IMG/VR virus record: IMGVR_UViG_3300045988_183789
DNA: 64,000 nucleotides
Reading direction: 5' to 3' (one strand)
From: a virus
Positions 39,880 to 49,617 of this stretch are shown piece after piece (positions within the stretch are counted from its first letter, which is position 1; every line of letters begins with the position of its first letter). The translations under genes and the position numbers were made by a program. The notes beneath the pieces were generated by a model, which saw nothing but the letters and a program-made list of their open reading frames with translations, was not told the DNA's origin and did no database searches.

Positions 39880-40716
39880 ATGACTTTCCCAATGTTTCTT
39901 TTGCTGCTCACAGTTTCTATCGTATTCCTTCTTGGATTCATCTGGTACTTGGTTTATGAAAACAAGATGCAGCAGCTGGTCCTTACTACCAGTACGCGGC
40001 TTCATGCACTGATTGAGCTGAACGGAAAATATACCTTCTACGATGTTCCGGAGATGGTAACTCGCAGATGGCAACTTGATACAAAGCCAAAATATGACCA
40101 TTTTAACTTCGAGAAGAACGTCTTTATGCAAGTCAGTAAGGAACGAGAAGAATTTGAAACGCTGTTGCAGCTCACAAGAGAAAATGCCAACTTGATGAAC
40201 CAATACCTCCATGATTTTGATAATTTGCCTCCGTACTTCGACGAGACAGAAGATTATGAGCCTACATGGCGCTCAAAGATGTATGCGAGACTCGAACGCG
40301 ATGAAGTCAAGAAAGAAGAACGCAACTGTCCGACTCCTACAACAGAACTGCTCCTGCGCTGTGCCAAGACTTATACTTCACCGCAGGGGCGTCGAAACTA
40401 TGGGGACAGCCAGGTTTATACCGCGAGTGAGATTGAGACTCTTATAAACGAGTCCTATCAGAAGGATAAAGAAAAGGAAAGCAAGGAATACCAGCGGAAA
40501 GCCATGACACCGTCCTTGCGATATGACATTATGAAGCGCGATGGCTTTAAGTGTGTGCTTTGCGGCCGCACTCCGAAAGATGGCATCACGTTACATGTTG
40601 ACCACATCTTACCTGTATCTAAAGGCGGAAAGACTGTGCCGTCCAACCTGCGGACCCTTTGCAGCATCTGTAACATTGGCAAGAGTGACAAGTACGATGA
40701 AAACGGTCTAAATTGA
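39880..40716 (+). CDS. Membrane-anchored protein with a C-terminal HNH nuclease domain
   Basis: N-terminal TM helix. C-terminal DGFKCVLCGR ... HVDHILPVSKGG ... NLRTLCSICN matches the HNH CxxC...HxxH...N...CxxC motifs. Confidence 0.65.
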   Translation: MTFPMFLLLLTVSIVFLLGFIWYLVYENKMQQLVLTTSTRLHALIELNGKYTFYDVPEMVTRRWQLDTKPKYDHFNFEKNVFMQVSKEREEFETLLQLTRENANLMNQYLHDFDNLPPYFDETEDYEPTWRSKMYARLERDEVKKEERNCPTPTTELLLRCAKTYTSPQGRRNYGDSQVYTASEIETLINESYQKDKEKESKEYQRKAMTPSLRYDIMKRDGFKCVLCGRTPKDGITLHVDHILPVSKGGKTVPSNLRTLCSICNIGKSDKYDENGLN

Positions 40717-40730
40717 AAGAGGTTATTTCT

Positions 40731-41621
40731 ATGTACAACTACGGGAAGCCGGTTAACTTCGACGACTGGCTGATTGACCTGCCGGATGAGTTCTCGTTCT
40801 GGCTTGAGGACCAAATGGCTATGATAACGCCATTGGATATTGTGCTGATGGCAGTAGGCTTGCTGGTTATTGTCGGACTCATCTGGTTTTTTATCACGCG
40901 TCAAGCCAAGAAGAATGTGGAGCAGACAAGCAATATCCTCGAAGGGCTGCTGGAAATCAATCAGGGCTACGTGTTCTATGATGTCGATGCGGAAATCACG
41001 CTGCAGTATCCTCAGGATACGAAGGAAACTTATGAAAATGCTTCTTTTGACCGGCTCTTTATGAGCATCGTCCAGAAGAAAATTCCGGCATTTGAGGAGG
41101 TCTTCGGCTGGGCCAATAGCAATAATATCCAGTTTGGAATGTACAAAAAAGAACTCGAAGGCCTGCCCAACTGGACGGAGAAAGATGACGATTGCGGCCG
41201 CCGAGTGCCGTTTTGCCTCTATCACAAGTGGGAACAGAAGCTCGTGAACGATGCGGTGTATGGCACACCTGTCACACAGCCTGTCTTCCATGTGGTCAAG
41301 CAGTATACTCCGGCAAGAGGGAAAACACTCTCTGAGACCCGTACATATTCTATGGCAGAGGCCAAGGAGTTTGTCAGGCTTGCAAAGGAACACGAGGCAG
41401 AAAAGAAAAGACGGGCAGCAGCTCGCAAAGCCGCATCTGCCGAACTCCGTTACTCAGTCCTGCAGCGTGATGGGTTCCGCTGCACTCTCTGCGGCCGCTC
41501 ACCAACGGAGGGTGTGAGCCTTCATGTTAAGCCCATCATGCCGCTTCCTAAAGGCGAGAAGCCTACGGCGGATTATTACCGCACCGTCTGCAATGAATGT
41601 TTGGAGGTGAACCAGGTATGA
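40731..41621 (+). CDS. Paralog of the upstream HNH protein with a degenerate HNH motif
   Basis: Same architecture, TM then C-terminal DGFRCTLCGR. The catalytic HVDHI is replaced by HVKPI, so it is probably inactive. Confidence 0.55.
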   Translation: MYNYGKPVNFDDWLIDLPDEFSFWLEDQMAMITPLDIVLMAVGLLVIVGLIWFFITRQAKKNVEQTSNILEGLLEINQGYVFYDVDAEITLQYPQDTKETYENASFDRLFMSIVQKKIPAFEEVFGWANSNNIQFGMYKKELEGLPNWTEKDDDCGRRVPFCLYHKWEQKLVNDAVYGTPVTQPVFHVVKQYTPARGKTLSETRTYSMAEAKEFVRLAKEHEAEKKRRAAARKAASAELRYSVLQRDGFRCTLCGRSPTEGVSLHVKPIMPLPKGEKPTADYYRTVCNECLEVNQV

Positions 41622-41818
41622 TTGAGACAAAATCAGGCATCAACCTTCGCATCAATGGCACAGTCATCTTTGCTTCCAACAATGTATCCTACTGGTTCAT
41701 TAACGGCCGACTAATTCGGAGTGATGGCGAAATCGAAGGAGAAGCCAAAACAATGAAAGACGCAGTTGCAATCGTACTTGCAAAGTATGGTGGCAGGAAG
41801 GAGACAATCAATGGATGA
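41618..41818 (+). CDS. Small protein, first member of a tandem paralog pair
   Basis: RBS GGAGGTGA. 66 aa. Confidence 0.45.
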   Translation: MIETKSGINLRINGTVIFASNNVSYWFINGRLIRSDGEIEGEAKTMKDAVAIVLAKYGGRKETING

Positions 41819-42008
41819 AATCAGGACCAATAGCGGAGTAACGCTTCGAGTATCTAATGGCAACACAATCTATACCTCCGATGGCAAAGCCTTCTGGCGC
41901 TGCGGCTCGACGCTTGTGGGTAACGGGACCGTCATCAGCTACAAATGTAAGTCGCCGGAAGAAGCGCTGGATATGGTTGCGGCACTTTATAACGGCCGTG
42001 CCAAATAA
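41811..42008 (+). CDS. Small protein, second member of the pair
   Basis: RBS AAGGAGA. 65 aa. Shares an S/T-G-(I/V)-(N/T)-L-R-(I/V)-(N/S)-x-N and ...AL core with the upstream protein. Confidence 0.45.
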   Translation: MDEIRTNSGVTLRVSNGNTIYTSDGKAFWRCGSTLVGNGTVISYKCKSPEEALDMVAALYNGRAK

Positions 42009-42013
42009 AATAC

Positions 42014-42051
42014 GCTGTCACCTCGAACTCCGGGGTGGCAGCCTTCTTTTT
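42014..42051. terminator. Bidirectional terminator hairpin between convergent genes
   Basis: GCTGTCACC ... GGTGGCAGC followed by CTTCTTTTT. Confidence 0.5.
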
Positions 42052-42054
42052 GTC

Positions 42055-42489
42055 TTACAGGGCATGGTGGCACACATGCTCAAAATCTACGAGCAGTTCC
42101 TTCGTCGCTTTCTGCACATACGCCGAAGCCGACTCATCATGGCTTTTTTCAGATGAAAGTATAAGGCACGGACGGTTCATGGCGGTCGAACCGCTACAGT
42201 GGCAAGAGAGTAGCTCTTCTCCAAACTCATAATTGAGGATAGCAGTAAGGCATTCGCCCATCAAGGCACAATCGTCATCCTTTGCCAAAAGCCTATCCGC
42301 TTCATCGTAGTTAATGCGGCCGTTATCGAGACAAATACGGTCAAGGAACACCCGAACATTATCCGAAGCGGTCATTGCATCTATAGTCTGATGATGATTC
42401 TCAAGGAAAATGTAAAATATCAGCTTTTCGATTTCATCCAGGTAAAAGCCAAAACCAGTGATACGGGTCTTAGTATCAGTTTGTGTCAT
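42055..42489 (-). CDS. Hypothetical protein. One of only four minus-strand genes in the window
   Basis: Reverse-complement RBS AAGGATGAGG. Confidence 0.45.
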   Translation of the reverse strand: MTQTDTKTRITGFGFYLDEIEKLIFYIFLENHHQTIDAMTASDNVRVFLDRICLDNGRINYDEADRLLAKDDDCALMGECLTAILNYEFGEELLSCHCSGSTAMNRPCLILSSEKSHDESASAYVQKATKELLVDFEHVCHHAL

Positions 42490-42679
42490 AAAAAACGCCT
42501 CATCCTTCTTTTCTACTTGCATTTATAACACATGGAATACAAAAATGCGAGATTTGACGCTGTTTATTAAAAGCGTGATAACAATTTCTAAAGAAACCAT
42601 GTACATGTCGTAAGGTTCCTTGTTCATCCGTTCGAATTGAGTATCATTGTAGGTAGACTAAAGTAAAGGAGAAACGCAC

Positions 42680-43291
42680 ATGAGTGAGTTCAACCCGAAA
42701 AACGACCCACAGGTCCAGGCATACATTGCCTTCGTGGAAGACTTCAAAGAGTTTATCCGCAGAGAGGATAGAGTCGGCAAAGACCAGTACAAGCTGGTCA
42801 ATCTCTATGGTGAGAAGGGCTTGGATGACCCTGATGCCAAGATTGTGACTTTGCAGGACCAGAAAGCTCAGCTGCTTGCTGCGACCAGCTGTGACCTTGC
42901 GAAAGCAACGCTTTGGCTGTATTACTTCCGCGACAAGTTCGCAGACATCGAGCTTGTTGACATCAGTGGGGAAGACTACACTTCCTATCTGAAGCAAATC
43001 ATCCATAAGCTGAACGATGATACAAGTCCTCTCTACCTGGATGCGTGGGACATGCTTATTCGCCTTGTGGCAGAAGACTGTATGCCGGATGCCTATGTTG
43101 ACGACAAGAAGAAGTGGCAACTGGTATACACCAACATGTACTGGAATGTCCACCTGGCGATGAAGTCTCTCAAGACGGGTGGTTCCATCAAACGCATGGT
43201 GGACAAGCTGCCGAAGGATGCCGATAAAATCGGGAACCTGGCTTTCAAGTATTTCAATGATGCACTCATTGCCTACGAGATGCAGCCTTGA
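42680..43291 (+). CDS. Hypothetical protein, paralog A of the gene at 44488
   Basis: RBS AAAGGAGA. N-terminal FxxFI...G...YKLVNLY shared with 44488. Confidence 0.5.
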   Translation: MSEFNPKNDPQVQAYIAFVEDFKEFIRREDRVGKDQYKLVNLYGEKGLDDPDAKIVTLQDQKAQLLAATSCDLAKATLWLYYFRDKFADIELVDISGEDYTSYLKQIIHKLNDDTSPLYLDAWDMLIRLVAEDCMPDAYVDDKKKWQLVYTNMYWNVHLAMKSLKTGGSIKRMVDKLPKDADKIGNLAFKYFNDALIAYEMQP

Positions 43292-43316
43292 ACATCCGTG
43301 CGAATTGAATAGAATA
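43288..43316 (+). promoter_or_regulatory. GCGAATTG-box promoter, copy c
   Basis: TTGAAC atccGTGCGAATTGaat AGAATA. Confidence 0.5.
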
Positions 43317-43336
43317 AGACATGTAAGCTAAATAAA

Positions 43337-43364
43337 AGAGCGGCTTGACCGCTCTTTCTTTTTA
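43337..43364 (+). terminator. Leader hairpin plus T-tract between promoter c and the gene
   Basis: AGAGCGG-CTTGA-CCGCTCT followed by TTCTTTTT, 23 nt before the start codon. Confidence 0.5.
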
Positions 43365-43386
43365 CTACGCAGAAAGAGGTTTCGGC

Positions 43387-44049
43387 ATGAACAAAAACAT
43401 CCATTATACCGCAACGCACATCACCTGTGAGTTGGAAAACGACATCTACAATTACATCGAAAGCCAGCTGGCAAAGAAGCTCGTACAAAAAGCTGCCGCC
43501 GGGCGCAAGCAGTATTTCTATTATGGCAACGACTCGGACAGCACGGCCATGCAGGTTGCGATGACCAATGAAGAAGCAAAGCACCTGGCTGAATCTTCTG
43601 TCTTGCTTGCCGAGCGGCTCATGGTGCTGTACAACATGACGGCTGGTTTCAAGAACATCGAGATGCAGGCAACCACCGGCAAGCCGAAAGAAGCTGCCTG
43701 GCCCAAGGTCTACAATACGATGGTTGCGAAAGGTTCGCCCTTGTATGATGAGCCGCTCCTCGGCCGCGTTTACAACCTGCCAAGCTACTATGCTTTGAAG
43801 AAGTACGACCGCCAGCTGATGTCCGACATGTATGAAGCCATGATGATGGTTGTGTACGATGCGGCCGTCGAGCTCAAAGGCCAGTGGGATACAAACGGCA
43901 AGATGACCTTGCAGAACCCTCTGTTCGCACATACCGCCGTGACCGTCTTCAACGGTCTGCTTGGTGCCACGACGATGCGCTACAAGGTTCTCAAAGATAC
44001 GCCCGCCGGGGTTATGGAGGGAATGCACATTGAATCTGCTACGGTTTAA
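43387..44049 (+). CDS. Hypothetical protein
   Basis: RBS AAAGAGG. Confidence 0.45.
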   Translation: MNKNIHYTATHITCELENDIYNYIESQLAKKLVQKAAAGRKQYFYYGNDSDSTAMQVAMTNEEAKHLAESSVLLAERLMVLYNMTAGFKNIEMQATTGKPKEAAWPKVYNTMVAKGSPLYDEPLLGRVYNLPSYYALKKYDRQLMSDMYEAMMMVVYDAAVELKGQWDTNGKMTLQNPLFAHTAVTVFNGLLGATTMRYKVLKDTPAGVMEGMHIESATV

Positions 44050-44473
44050 GAAAGACGACCCGACCTACGGGTTTCTGAGCAATTATTATCCTTGCTCCTT
44101 TGTGCTGGATGGAATCTACTACCTCAACGCGGAAGCAGCATTCCAAGCCCAGAAGGTCCCGATGGAGGAGAGACGTCAGTTTGCCTGCCTCATGCCGAAC
44201 GAGGCGAAGAAACTCGGCCGCCGGGTCCAACTTTCTCCAGATTGGGACGAAGTTCGAGACGAAGCGATGCGCCGGGTGCTGTATGCCAAGTTCAGCCAGA
44301 ACGAGGAGTTCAAACAGCGACTGCTCGCTACAGGCGACCGGCACATTATCGAAGACACGACCGGCTGGCACGATAACTATTGGGGGGATTGCCAGTGTCC
44401 CAGATGCAAGGGCGTTCACGGTCAGAACAAACTGGGCATGATGCTCGAAGAAATCAGGACCAAATTAAGATAA
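44030..44473 (+). CDS. NADAR-domain (YbiA/DUF1768) ADP-ribose-processing hydrolase
   Basis: RBS GGAGGGAA lies 6 nt upstream of TTG. YGFLSNYYPCSF ... YLNAEAAFQAQK matches the NADAR signature. Confidence 0.65.
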   Translation: MNLLRFKKDDPTYGFLSNYYPCSFVLDGIYYLNAEAAFQAQKVPMEERRQFACLMPNEAKKLGRRVQLSPDWDEVRDEAMRRVLYAKFSQNEEFKQRLLATGDRHIIEDTTGWHDNYWGDCQCPRCKGVHGQNKLGMMLEEIRTKLR

Positions 44474-44487
44474 AAGGAGAACTCAAC

Positions 44488-45249
44488 ATGAGCGAACAGA
44501 ATACGATTGCCGAAGAGCAGCAGAAAGCCTACGAGGCCCTGGCGCACGACTTTACCGACTTCATCAAGGCAAAGGTACGCGCAGGGGAGAATAGCTACAA
44601 GCTGGTGAACATTTACAAGCAGTATGACATCGATGCTGACAGCTTCGATACCGTCAAACTGGATGATGCCAAAGCCGAAAAGCTGGCGCTCATCTGCATG
44701 GACCTTGCCAACGCTATCCTGTGGCTTCACTGCCACCGCGATGAGTTCAAAGATACCGAGTTCATTGAGGTCGTGAACGGTAACTACCCGAAGTATGTCG
44801 ATTCTGAAGGCAAACATCCTCTCTTGATTTCTGGAAATCTGAGTAACTATCCTGTCAACTCTCTCAAGTCCCTGCTTCGAGGTCTGACAACGACTATCGA
44901 CCAGTATGAACAGCCGCAGCATCCGAAAGCGCAAAAGGATGCTGCCCATATCAATAAGCACGCCATGCACCTTGTGAGACTGTATTACACAGCATTTGAC
45001 ATTCTGGAGCAAGGACGCATCATCACCCGTCGGGACAAGGAGCACGAAGAACTGCTGGCTATCCGCAACGGCAAGTATATGCGTGAGGATGGGTCGTATG
45101 CACCCGAATTCTTCGAGTCTGTGGACCAGCTTGAAACAAGATTTCAGCGAGACGTGAAGAAAACGGAACTCCCGGCAAAACCCGATTTTGCGAAAATCGA
45201 GGAGTTGCTCGTAGAAATCAACAAATCCTATCTCCATCGAATTATGTAA
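44488..45249 (+). CDS. Hypothetical protein, paralog B of the gene at 42680
   Basis: RBS AAAAGGAGA. Confidence 0.5.
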   Translation: MSEQNTIAEEQQKAYEALAHDFTDFIKAKVRAGENSYKLVNIYKQYDIDADSFDTVKLDDAKAEKLALICMDLANAILWLHCHRDEFKDTEFIEVVNGNYPKYVDSEGKHPLLISGNLSNYPVNSLKSLLRGLTTTIDQYEQPQHPKAQKDAAHINKHAMHLVRLYYTAFDILEQGRIITRRDKEHEELLAIRNGKYMREDGSYAPEFFESVDQLETRFQRDVKKTELPAKPDFAKIEELLVEINKSYLHRIM

Positions 45250-45460
45250 AACCGCAAAGAAATGCGGTGATAGCAAACAAAAATAACGTAGAACCAATAG
45301 TGGCAGAATATACAATGCTGAATATATGCAAAATTCTGTGTTATGTAATTTTGCCGTAGCAGCCCGTGTGACTGCGTAAGATTGAACGTCCATCCGTAAA
45401 TCACGGGTGGGCGTTATTTTTGTACCCGCAAAACTCAAAACAAAATACGATAAAAAGTGC

Positions 45461-45488
45461 TTGACCATCTGTGCGAATTGCCTACAAT
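45461..45488 (+). promoter_or_regulatory. GCGAATTG-box promoter, copy d
   Basis: TTGACC atctGTGCGAATTGcc TACAAT. Confidence 0.55.
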
Positions 45489-45513
45489 TGATATTGTAAG
45501 ATAAATAATTGTA

Positions 45514-45555
45514 CCCCGACGGAACACCATGCGTGCCTGCCGGGGTATTCTTTTT
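45514..45555 (+). terminator. Leader hairpin plus T-tract between promoter d and the helicase gene
   Basis: CCCCGACGG ... CTGCCGGGG followed by TATTCTTTTT. Confidence 0.45.
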
Positions 45556-45586
45556 GCGTTAATACGTATTCTGGAGGATTCAAACC

Positions 45587-48415
45587 ATGACTCTCGCTAA
45601 CCTGTCTACTGAGCAACAGGACCTTGTACGCCTGGCTCTCGCAGGCAGAAATATACTCTGTGACGCTTGCATCGGCAGCGGTAAAACATCGACCATCAAC
45701 GTGTTGTGTAACGAGTTTGACGCCTCCAAACAGATTCTGTACCTGACCTATAACCGTCTGCTAAAACTCGACGCGCAAGAAAAAATCCTAAACGACAATG
45801 TTGTCGTCCAGAACTACCACGGCTTTGCTTCAAAACTCCTCTATCGGCACGGAGTTCGTAATATTGGACAGGGCGAGCAAATTAAGAAGGCGCTCGATTT
45901 GCATGTTCCGGTCGGTCGCTATGACGTGCTCATCATCGATGAGTACCAAGATATTAACGAAGAAATCTCTCGAATGCTTGAATATATTAAGGAAGAAAAC
46001 CCCACCATGCAAATTATTGCGGTGGGGGATATGGCGCAGAAAATCTACGACACCACATCTTTGGACATCTGGAACTTCATCAACAAGTTCCTCGGCAAAC
46101 ACACGCAGGTCAACTTTACCCAATGCTTCCGCTTGTCCCACGACTTGGCCGAGCGCCTTGGCACTATCTGGAATAAGGAAATCAACGGAGTCAACGAGAA
46201 CTGCAAAGTCAAGTCCATGACGAAGGATGAGGTCATCGAGTACCTCAACGATTTGGACCCGAAGAACGTCCTATGCCTTGGCGCTCGTACCGGCCAGATG
46301 GCCGCAGTTTTGAATGCCTTGGAAGAGCGCCCCGATAACCTTTACGACAAAAAACATGTTTATGCCAGCATCAAGGACAACGACGGCGAAAAAAGCGTAG
46401 CTCCGAACAGCAATGTGGGCATCTTCACAACATTCGACGGCAGCAAGGGCATGGAACGTCCTATCTGCGTGGTCTTCGATTTCACCGAGGATTACTGGGC
46501 AACCCGTATGCGTCAGCCGCTGACTCGCTACGAAATCATGCGCAACCTCTTTTGCGTAGCTGCGAGCCGTGGCAAGCAGGAGGTCATCTTCGTCAAACCC
46601 GATAAGCGTAGCCTCGTGAGCGACAAGACACTGATGACCCCTGTCAAGACTCGCACCACCTTTAAGGACAAATTCGACATCAGTGAAATGTTCGATTTCA
46701 AGTTCGATGAAGATGTGGATGCGTGCTACAACCTTATCACGGCCAAGCAGGTATTCCAACAAGACCAGACGGAAATCGAAATCAAGCACTCCGATGCGAT
46801 GATTGACCTGTCGCCCTGCATTGGCATCTACCAGCAGGCAAACTTCTTCGATTTTTACGACATCGACAGCGCTATCGCCTTCTTCATGTACCTACACAAG
46901 GACAAGATGGCGAAGGTTCCAACCACTTGGAAGTCCGTTGAACAAAAAGTTCTGTTTCTTACAATGCTGATGACGAGCCAGGACCGTTATATCAAGCAGG
47001 TAGAACTGCCTTTCATCACGCCGGAACAGGCAAAAGCGCTGACTGACCGCCTCTCTACGATGTTTACCCATGATGAAGAGGTTCAGGAACGCGCAGAACT
47101 AAACATTGTGGTAGAACAGGATGAACTGAAGCAGCCTGTCACGTCGCTTATCGTTAGCGGTATGGCCGATGTAGTCAAGGACAACAAGGTCTATTATCTG
47201 AAGTTCGTATCAAACCTCGCACACAAGCACTTCATCCAGTGCGCCTGCTATATGCTCGCCACAGGCCTTCCTACCGGCGTTCTTTGGAACATCCGGGATA
47301 ACACGATGTATGAAGTCGAAATTCCGGACCGCACGGCTTTTCTGAATGCGGTAGTGAAGTGCATCACCAAGGGCGTCTATACGGAAGCTCTCGCCTACAA
47401 TCTGGAGAAAGACTACTCCCAGAGCCTTGACACGATTCTCGACCGTGTTATGTCCGACACTTCGCTGCCTGAATTTGATACCGGCGGCAACATTGTTGAG
47501 GAAAAGCCGCAGGACGAAGGTGTTGCTATTATCAAGCAGGGTGAGCAGTATGTCATCCTGGATGCGGGAACTCGCTCTATCGTGGGCGGTACGGCAGTAA
47601 ACGGCTATGACACAATTCTGGCCGCCTGCGAAGCATACGTGAAACAGAATAAGAAAGCTACGGAAGAATCGGTCAATAAGAAAGAACTTCTCCATGTCAT
47701 TGAACAGTGGCTTGATGACCATGCAGAGTTCGAACATCAGATGTCTTGCGTGGCAGTCGATATTGAGAACCATGTCGGCCCCTATTCGGGTTATTCGAAC
47801 TTCTCTACTTATGTGGTTCGCAAGATGCTTAAAGACTGCGGCTTGGTCATCGACTTCAATGAGCGTCAGCTTCTCAAGGTCTGGAAAGTCCGCGAGAAGA
47901 AGCGTCCAAAGCCTGTTACCCAGTACAGCCCGGCTCAAGCCTCGAAACAGGTGGTTTTGAATCCGGCTGATAGTTTCGAGCAAATGCTGAACAGCTTGCA
48001 GAGCATGGGTGTGGATGTCAAAGTTGCAGAAGAAACCGCAACCGAACCCTATGACTTCTCCCAGTACAAGCGTCTGCCGCCGGAGCGTAAGACGTATGAC
48101 TCTGAACCTGTCGGCTGGTGGAAGGACGGAGAAGAGCAGTATAAGAAAGAAAAAGAAGCGTTTCCGGCCGAATATCGAGTTATTCGCTCCTCCAAGCTAT
48201 CTAAACCCGGTGATGTACGCTATGTCATCATGGAAGAGGATTCCAACACTGTGCTGGATGATGCAAACGGGTATGGGTACAAATCCGTTCAGGCTGCGCA
48301 CAAGGGCTATGGCTATAAGCGGCGCAACGGTGGCAGTTTTGGTTCCAAGAAGAAAGAAAAGAGTGAAGCAAAGCCTCAGACCACGGGCGAGCAGCTTTCG
48401 TTTGGAGGTCTGTGA
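45587..48415 (+). CDS. Superfamily-1 (UvrD/PcrA-like) helicase with a ~600-aa C-terminal extension
   Basis: RBS GGAGGA. Walker A CIGSGKTST and motif II LIIDEYQD. Confidence 0.65.
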   Translation: MTLANLSTEQQDLVRLALAGRNILCDACIGSGKTSTINVLCNEFDASKQILYLTYNRLLKLDAQEKILNDNVVVQNYHGFASKLLYRHGVRNIGQGEQIKKALDLHVPVGRYDVLIIDEYQDINEEISRMLEYIKEENPTMQIIAVGDMAQKIYDTTSLDIWNFINKFLGKHTQVNFTQCFRLSHDLAERLGTIWNKEINGVNENCKVKSMTKDEVIEYLNDLDPKNVLCLGARTGQMAAVLNALEERPDNLYDKKHVYASIKDNDGEKSVAPNSNVGIFTTFDGSKGMERPICVVFDFTEDYWATRMRQPLTRYEIMRNLFCVAASRGKQEVIFVKPDKRSLVSDKTLMTPVKTRTTFKDKFDISEMFDFKFDEDVDACYNLITAKQVFQQDQTEIEIKHSDAMIDLSPCIGIYQQANFFDFYDIDSAIAFFMYLHKDKMAKVPTTWKSVEQKVLFLTMLMTSQDRYIKQVELPFITPEQAKALTDRLSTMFTHDEEVQERAELNIVVEQDELKQPVTSLIVSGMADVVKDNKVYYLKFVSNLAHKHFIQCACYMLATGLPTGVLWNIRDNTMYEVEIPDRTAFLNAVVKCITKGVYTEALAYNLEKDYSQSLDTILDRVMSDTSLPEFDTGGNIVEEKPQDEGVAIIKQGEQYVILDAGTRSIVGGTAVNGYDTILAACEAYVKQNKKATEESVNKKELLHVIEQWLDDHAEFEHQMSCVAVDIENHVGPYSGYSNFSTYVVRKMLKDCGLVIDFNERQLLKVWKVREKKRPKPVTQYSPAQASKQVVLNPADSFEQMLNSLQSMGVDVKVAEETATEPYDFSQYKRLPPERKTYDSEPVGWWKDGEEQYKKEKEAFPAEYRVIRSSKLSKPGDVRYVIMEEDSNTVLDDANGYGYKSVQAAHKGYGYKRRNGGSFGSKKKEKSEAKPQTTGEQLSFGGL

Positions 48416-49035
48416 TGGGAAATAGCGATACTAAGATGAAGCCAAGACATAACGACGTCCATAAATCCTTGAAAGAACGTAATGACGCGATTTACCGAGA
48501 TTATATGGATGGCGTGTGTGTCGTGGATTTGGCTGATAAATACGGGGTGACTGGCTATAGGATTGTACAAATCCTTCGCTCAGACCCCAAATACGGTTTG
48601 GAAAAGACGCGCTTAAACTGGCAGAAAAACACACAGGCAAAGCGTGCCAGGAACAAGAAAATCTACGAAGATTACATAAACGGTGTGCCTTACATCAAAA
48701 TTGCCGAAAAGTGGGGCATGACTAGCAGCGGCATTCAAGCAATCGCAAAGAAGTACCAAAAAGACCTCGAAATCAACTTCGAGAGAACCGTTCGCTCTGC
48801 ACCCAAAACAAAGAAATCCGAAATCGATTGGGCCGAGAGGAAAAGACGATTGATTGCCCAAGCCAGAGCTATTCCAAATCAGTCTCTATCGAATCTTGCT
48901 AAGCAATATGGATTAACGCCAAATGAAGCAAGACAAATTTTAAGAGAAGCGGGCATTATCAAGTGCCCTCGCAACGACTTGAGTGATGAAGCTCTTTGGG
49001 CCGGAATCGGAGGCAGCTATGACGACATCTATTAA
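48415..49035 (+). CDS. Protein with three tandem sigma-70-region-4-like HTH repeats
   Basis: Three ~55-aa repeats, each I/L-YxDY..G.....IA.KYG....I.QI. Paralog of the gene at 57587. Confidence 0.5.
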   Translation: MGNSDTKMKPRHNDVHKSLKERNDAIYRDYMDGVCVVDLADKYGVTGYRIVQILRSDPKYGLEKTRLNWQKNTQAKRARNKKIYEDYINGVPYIKIAEKWGMTSSGIQAIAKKYQKDLEINFERTVRSAPKTKKSEIDWAERKRRLIAQARAIPNQSLSNLAKQYGLTPNEARQILREAGIIKCPRNDLSDEALWAGIGGSYDDIY

Positions 49036-49303
49036 GTTTGCAAAGGCTGTAACTGAGTCTAATCTTCAAGGAAATACGGACAAAAACTTTTCGCGTGAGG
49101 AAACCGCCAGCATCCAACACACAAACGCAGCCATCCGCCAGGCGGTCAGGCAGCATGCCGTTTCACGTGCTAAAAGAACACGGCACACATCCATGCAAGT
49201 GGCTCTTGATGCAGAACGTGACGCTTTGCTGCAGGCAGCCAAGAGCCATGCTCAGCAGTATGCAGAGTCAGAGGCTGCGGTAAAGGACTGCATTGTTAAA
49301 TAG
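49019..49303 (+). CDS. Hypothetical protein
   Basis: RBS GGAGG. Confidence 0.4.
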   Translation: MTTSIKFAKAVTESNLQGNTDKNFSREETASIQHTNAAIRQAVRQHAVSRAKRTRHTSMQVALDAERDALLQAAKSHAQQYAESEAAVKDCIVK

Positions 49304-49319
49304 GGCAGGGAGGTACAGA

Positions 49320-49604
49320 ATGGTCAAAATTTACGGTTCGAGCGATGACCTCGTCTGCTTGGACAATTCAAATTATGCAGTGGATGAAATCGGCTGCTAT
49401 GATGTGGCCGGTGTCTGGCTCTTTCTGGAAGATGACACGGTTTTGTTCGTCCACTACACCGACGGTATCTGGCGCATTGATGTGGAGCAAGAAGGCTCTA
49501 TGCCTTATGAACACCATGTTTGCGCTGGAACGGATGAGGACGACTATAGTGATGTTTTCCTGACAGAATCTGATGTCACAAACCATGAAATTGCCTACAA
49601 ATAA
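49320..49604 (+). CDS. Hypothetical protein
   Basis: RBS GGGAGG. Confidence 0.4.
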   Translation: MVKIYGSSDDLVCLDNSNYAVDEIGCYDVAGVWLFLEDDTVLFVHYTDGIWRIDVEQEGSMPYEHHVCAGTDEDDYSDVFLTESDVTNHEIAYK

Positions 49605-49617
49605 AGGAGAAAACGAC

